Shown here: piece by piece, positions 24,719 through 26,122 of the stretch
Numbering within the stretch: position 1 is the stretch's first letter
How the letters are laid out: each line of letters starts with the position of its first letter
Source: Pseudomonadota bacterium
GTDB taxonomy: Bacteria; Pseudomonadota; Alphaproteobacteria; Caulobacterales; Hyphomonadaceae
Length of the DNA: 26,122 bases
NCBI GenBank assembly: GCA_039034035.1
Contig: JBCCBN010000023.1
Location: forward strand, 1-26,122
Reading direction: 5' to 3'
The notes under the pieces: generated by a model
What the model was told of the DNA's origin: nothing
What the model saw: the letters and a program-made list of their open reading frames with translations, nothing else
The model's database searches: none
Position numbers and translations under genes: made by a program

Positions 24719-25636
24719 ATGGACTGGAGCAAGCTCAAATCATTTCACGCAGCGGCGGAATCTGGCAGCCTGACGGGTGCCGGCGAGAAGCTGGGTATCT
24801 CGCAATCGGCGGTGTCACGGCAGATCGCTGCGCTCGAGGAGCATCTCGGCGTATCCCTGTTCCAGCGCCATGCGCGGGGCCTGGTGCTGACCGATGCTGG
24901 GCACACCCTGCACACGTCGACCCAGGACATGGCCGCGGCGGCCGCATCAGCGAATTCAGCCTTGCAAGACCAGCAGGATACGCCGCAGGGCGAATTGGTG
25001 GTGACTGCGCCGGTAGCGTTCGGATCGACCTGGCTGGTTCCGCGGTTGGGCGGATTCATCGACCGGCACCCGGACCTGCATCTGGACCTGCGGCTGGATG
25101 ATCGCGAATACGACCTGCTGAAGCTGGAGGCCGAATGCGCGATCCGTTTGTGGGCGGCCGACAAGGCGGACCTGATCCAGCGCAAGCTCGCCTCGGTTGC
25201 CACAAGTCTCTATGCGGCACCGGCTTACCTAGAACGCTATGGCGTGCCTGAACGCGCGGCAGACCTGGACAGGCACCGCATCATCGGTTTCCGGCAGGAC
25301 GGCGCGCCGGCACAGATGCAGGTGATGAACTGGGCCCGCCAGATTGGCCGGGATGACGCGCCCCCGCGACCAGCAGCGCTGCAGGTCAACAATGTGTTTG
25401 CAATGCTGCGGGCGGTTCATGCCGGGTTGGGCATTGCCGACATTCCCGACTATATGGCCGCCACCCTGCCTGACCTGGTCCGGTTGCTGCCCGATGAGAC
25501 CGGACCAGCGTTCGATCTCTACTTCATATATCCGAGCGATTTGCGGCGGTCGAAGCGGATTTCTGCGTTCAGGGATTTTCTCACCGGCGAAGCAGAATCG
25601 CTGCGCTTGAACCGGAATGCGCGCCCCCGATCATAG
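24719..25636 (+). CDS. LysR-family transcriptional regulator
   Basis: 305 aa. The N-terminal LysR HTH reads MDWSKLKSFHAAAESGSLTGAGEKLGISQSAVSRQIAALEEHLGVSLFQRHARGLVLTDAGHTL. The C-terminal substrate-binding domain follows. Confidence 0.9.
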   Translation: MDWSKLKSFHAAAESGSLTGAGEKLGISQSAVSRQIAALEEHLGVSLFQRHARGLVLTDAGHTLHTSTQDMAAAAASANSALQDQQDTPQGELVVTAPVAFGSTWLVPRLGGFIDRHPDLHLDLRLDDREYDLLKLEAECAIRLWAADKADLIQRKLASVATSLYAAPAYLERYGVPERAADLDRHRIIGFRQDGAPAQMQVMNWARQIGRDDAPPRPAALQVNNVFAMLRAVHAGLGIADIPDYMAATLPDLVRLLPDETGPAFDLYFIYPSDLRRSKRISAFRDFLTGEAESLRLNRNARPRS

Positions 25637-25816
25637 CGACATCCGGGTGGATCACCGCATCTGCTCAAGCCAGGTAGTCGAAAATGCATGCCAAATCGGG
25701 ACGTTTCCCCTTGCCGGTCTCATGCTGGATCTTATGTAAACGGCATAGCCGAGGTCCCTGGCGCAACCCGATCAACCTCCGATTGGGCGTTTCCTCCCCT
25801 TAGGGACCACACTTCA

Positions 25817-25854
25817 GGCCGGGCGCGTTCATTCGCTGCCCGGCCTTTTCTTTT
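25817..25854 (+). terminator. rho-independent terminator
   Basis: An 8-bp GC stem ggccgggc / gcccggcc with a 13-nt loop is followed immediately by ttttctttt. It lies ~180 nt after the LysR stop and ~85 nt before hppD. Confidence 0.7.
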
Positions 25855-25902
25855 CCGGCTCGGGCGCAGCAATCGAACGTCTTGCACCAGCCGATGATAT
25901 TA

Positions 25903-25916
25903 GTTACATTTGTAAC
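25903..25916. promoter_or_regulatory. perfect 14-bp palindrome GTTACA-TT-TGTAAC (candidate operator) 21 nt upstream of the hppD start
   Basis: Seen directly in the sequence. It sits between the terminator and the hppD RBS (ctggagga), where a promoter/operator is expected. Confidence 0.55.
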
Positions 25917-25937
25917 AATCATCTGGAGGACGCTGCG

Positions 25938-26122
25938 ATGCGTGATCTGTTCGACAACCCTGCCGGTCTGGATGGGTTCGAGTTCATCGAGTTTTCGGCA
26001 CCGGAGAAGGGCATCCTTGAGCCGGTGTTCGAAACCATCGGGATGACCAAAGTCGCGGTCCACCGTTCAAAAGATGTGACGCTATGGCGGCAAGGTCAGA
26101 TCAATTTCGTCACCAATTACGA
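25938..26122 (+). CDS. hppD: 4-hydroxyphenylpyruvate dioxygenase, N-terminal fragment (truncated by window end)
   Basis: [61 protein letters not shown] closely parallels the Pseudomonas HppD N-terminus ([20 protein letters not shown]....LEPIFE.MGFTKVATHRSKDV.LYRQG.IN...N). GGAGGA RBS. Confidence 0.85.
   Translation, partial: MRDLFDNPAGLDGFEFIEFSAPEKGILEPVFETIGMTKVAVHRSKDVTLWRQGQINFVTNY

Noticed and set aside
25688-25897. 69-aa ORF between LysR and hppD
   Set aside because: It reads straight through the intrinsic-terminator hairpin and U-tract, has no RBS, and has a junk-like composition. The region is better explained as a structured RNA or UTR.
1-26122. CRISPR arrays, IS elements, transposases, integrases, rRNA/tmRNA/RNase P
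   Set aside because: I scanned both strands for short direct-repeat/spacer periodicity, for DDE/tyrosine-recombinase-like ORFs, and for the GGTTCGA T-loop motif (found only in the single tRNA). None were found.

Overview
This is a high-GC (~63-65%) chromosomal segment from an alphaproteobacterium, judged by a ChvI response regulator with near-identical motifs to Rhizobiales/Caulobacterales ChvI and by a pyrD-DUF952 pair typical of Alphaproteobacteria. Genes are densely packed on both strands. Identifiable content runs: chvI, a TfoX-N/SPFH gene pair, one tRNA-Lys(CUU), a serine hydrolase plus DUF3253, an acyl-CoA dehydrogenase / PaaI thioesterase / TetR lipid module, an LLM-class flavin oxidoreductase, a GST, a nupC-TonB-dependent receptor operon, a MATE exporter, pyrD, a CI/LexA-like S24 repressor, and a LysR regulator in front of hppD (truncated at the window end). 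No transposase, integrase or CRISPR was found. The parts that known families do not explain are three. (i) A TTG-initiated secreted protein made of ~8 degenerate 22-24-aa tandem repeats ending in a peptidoglycan-binding domain, sitting behind a 250-bp AT-rich island and divergent from the TetR gene. (ii) A ~5.8-kb run of five or six envelope-associated genes of unknown function: TerB-like, coiled-coil membrane protein, 699-aa TPR-like lipoprotein, small ORF, then an overlapping pair of a 2-TM protein and a 485-aa membrane-anchored protein. (iii) A structured, terminator-capped ~215-nt intergenic element between the LysR gene and hppD, with a perfect 14-bp palindromic operator. All calls rest on reading the supplied translations and the DNA. 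No database search was run.
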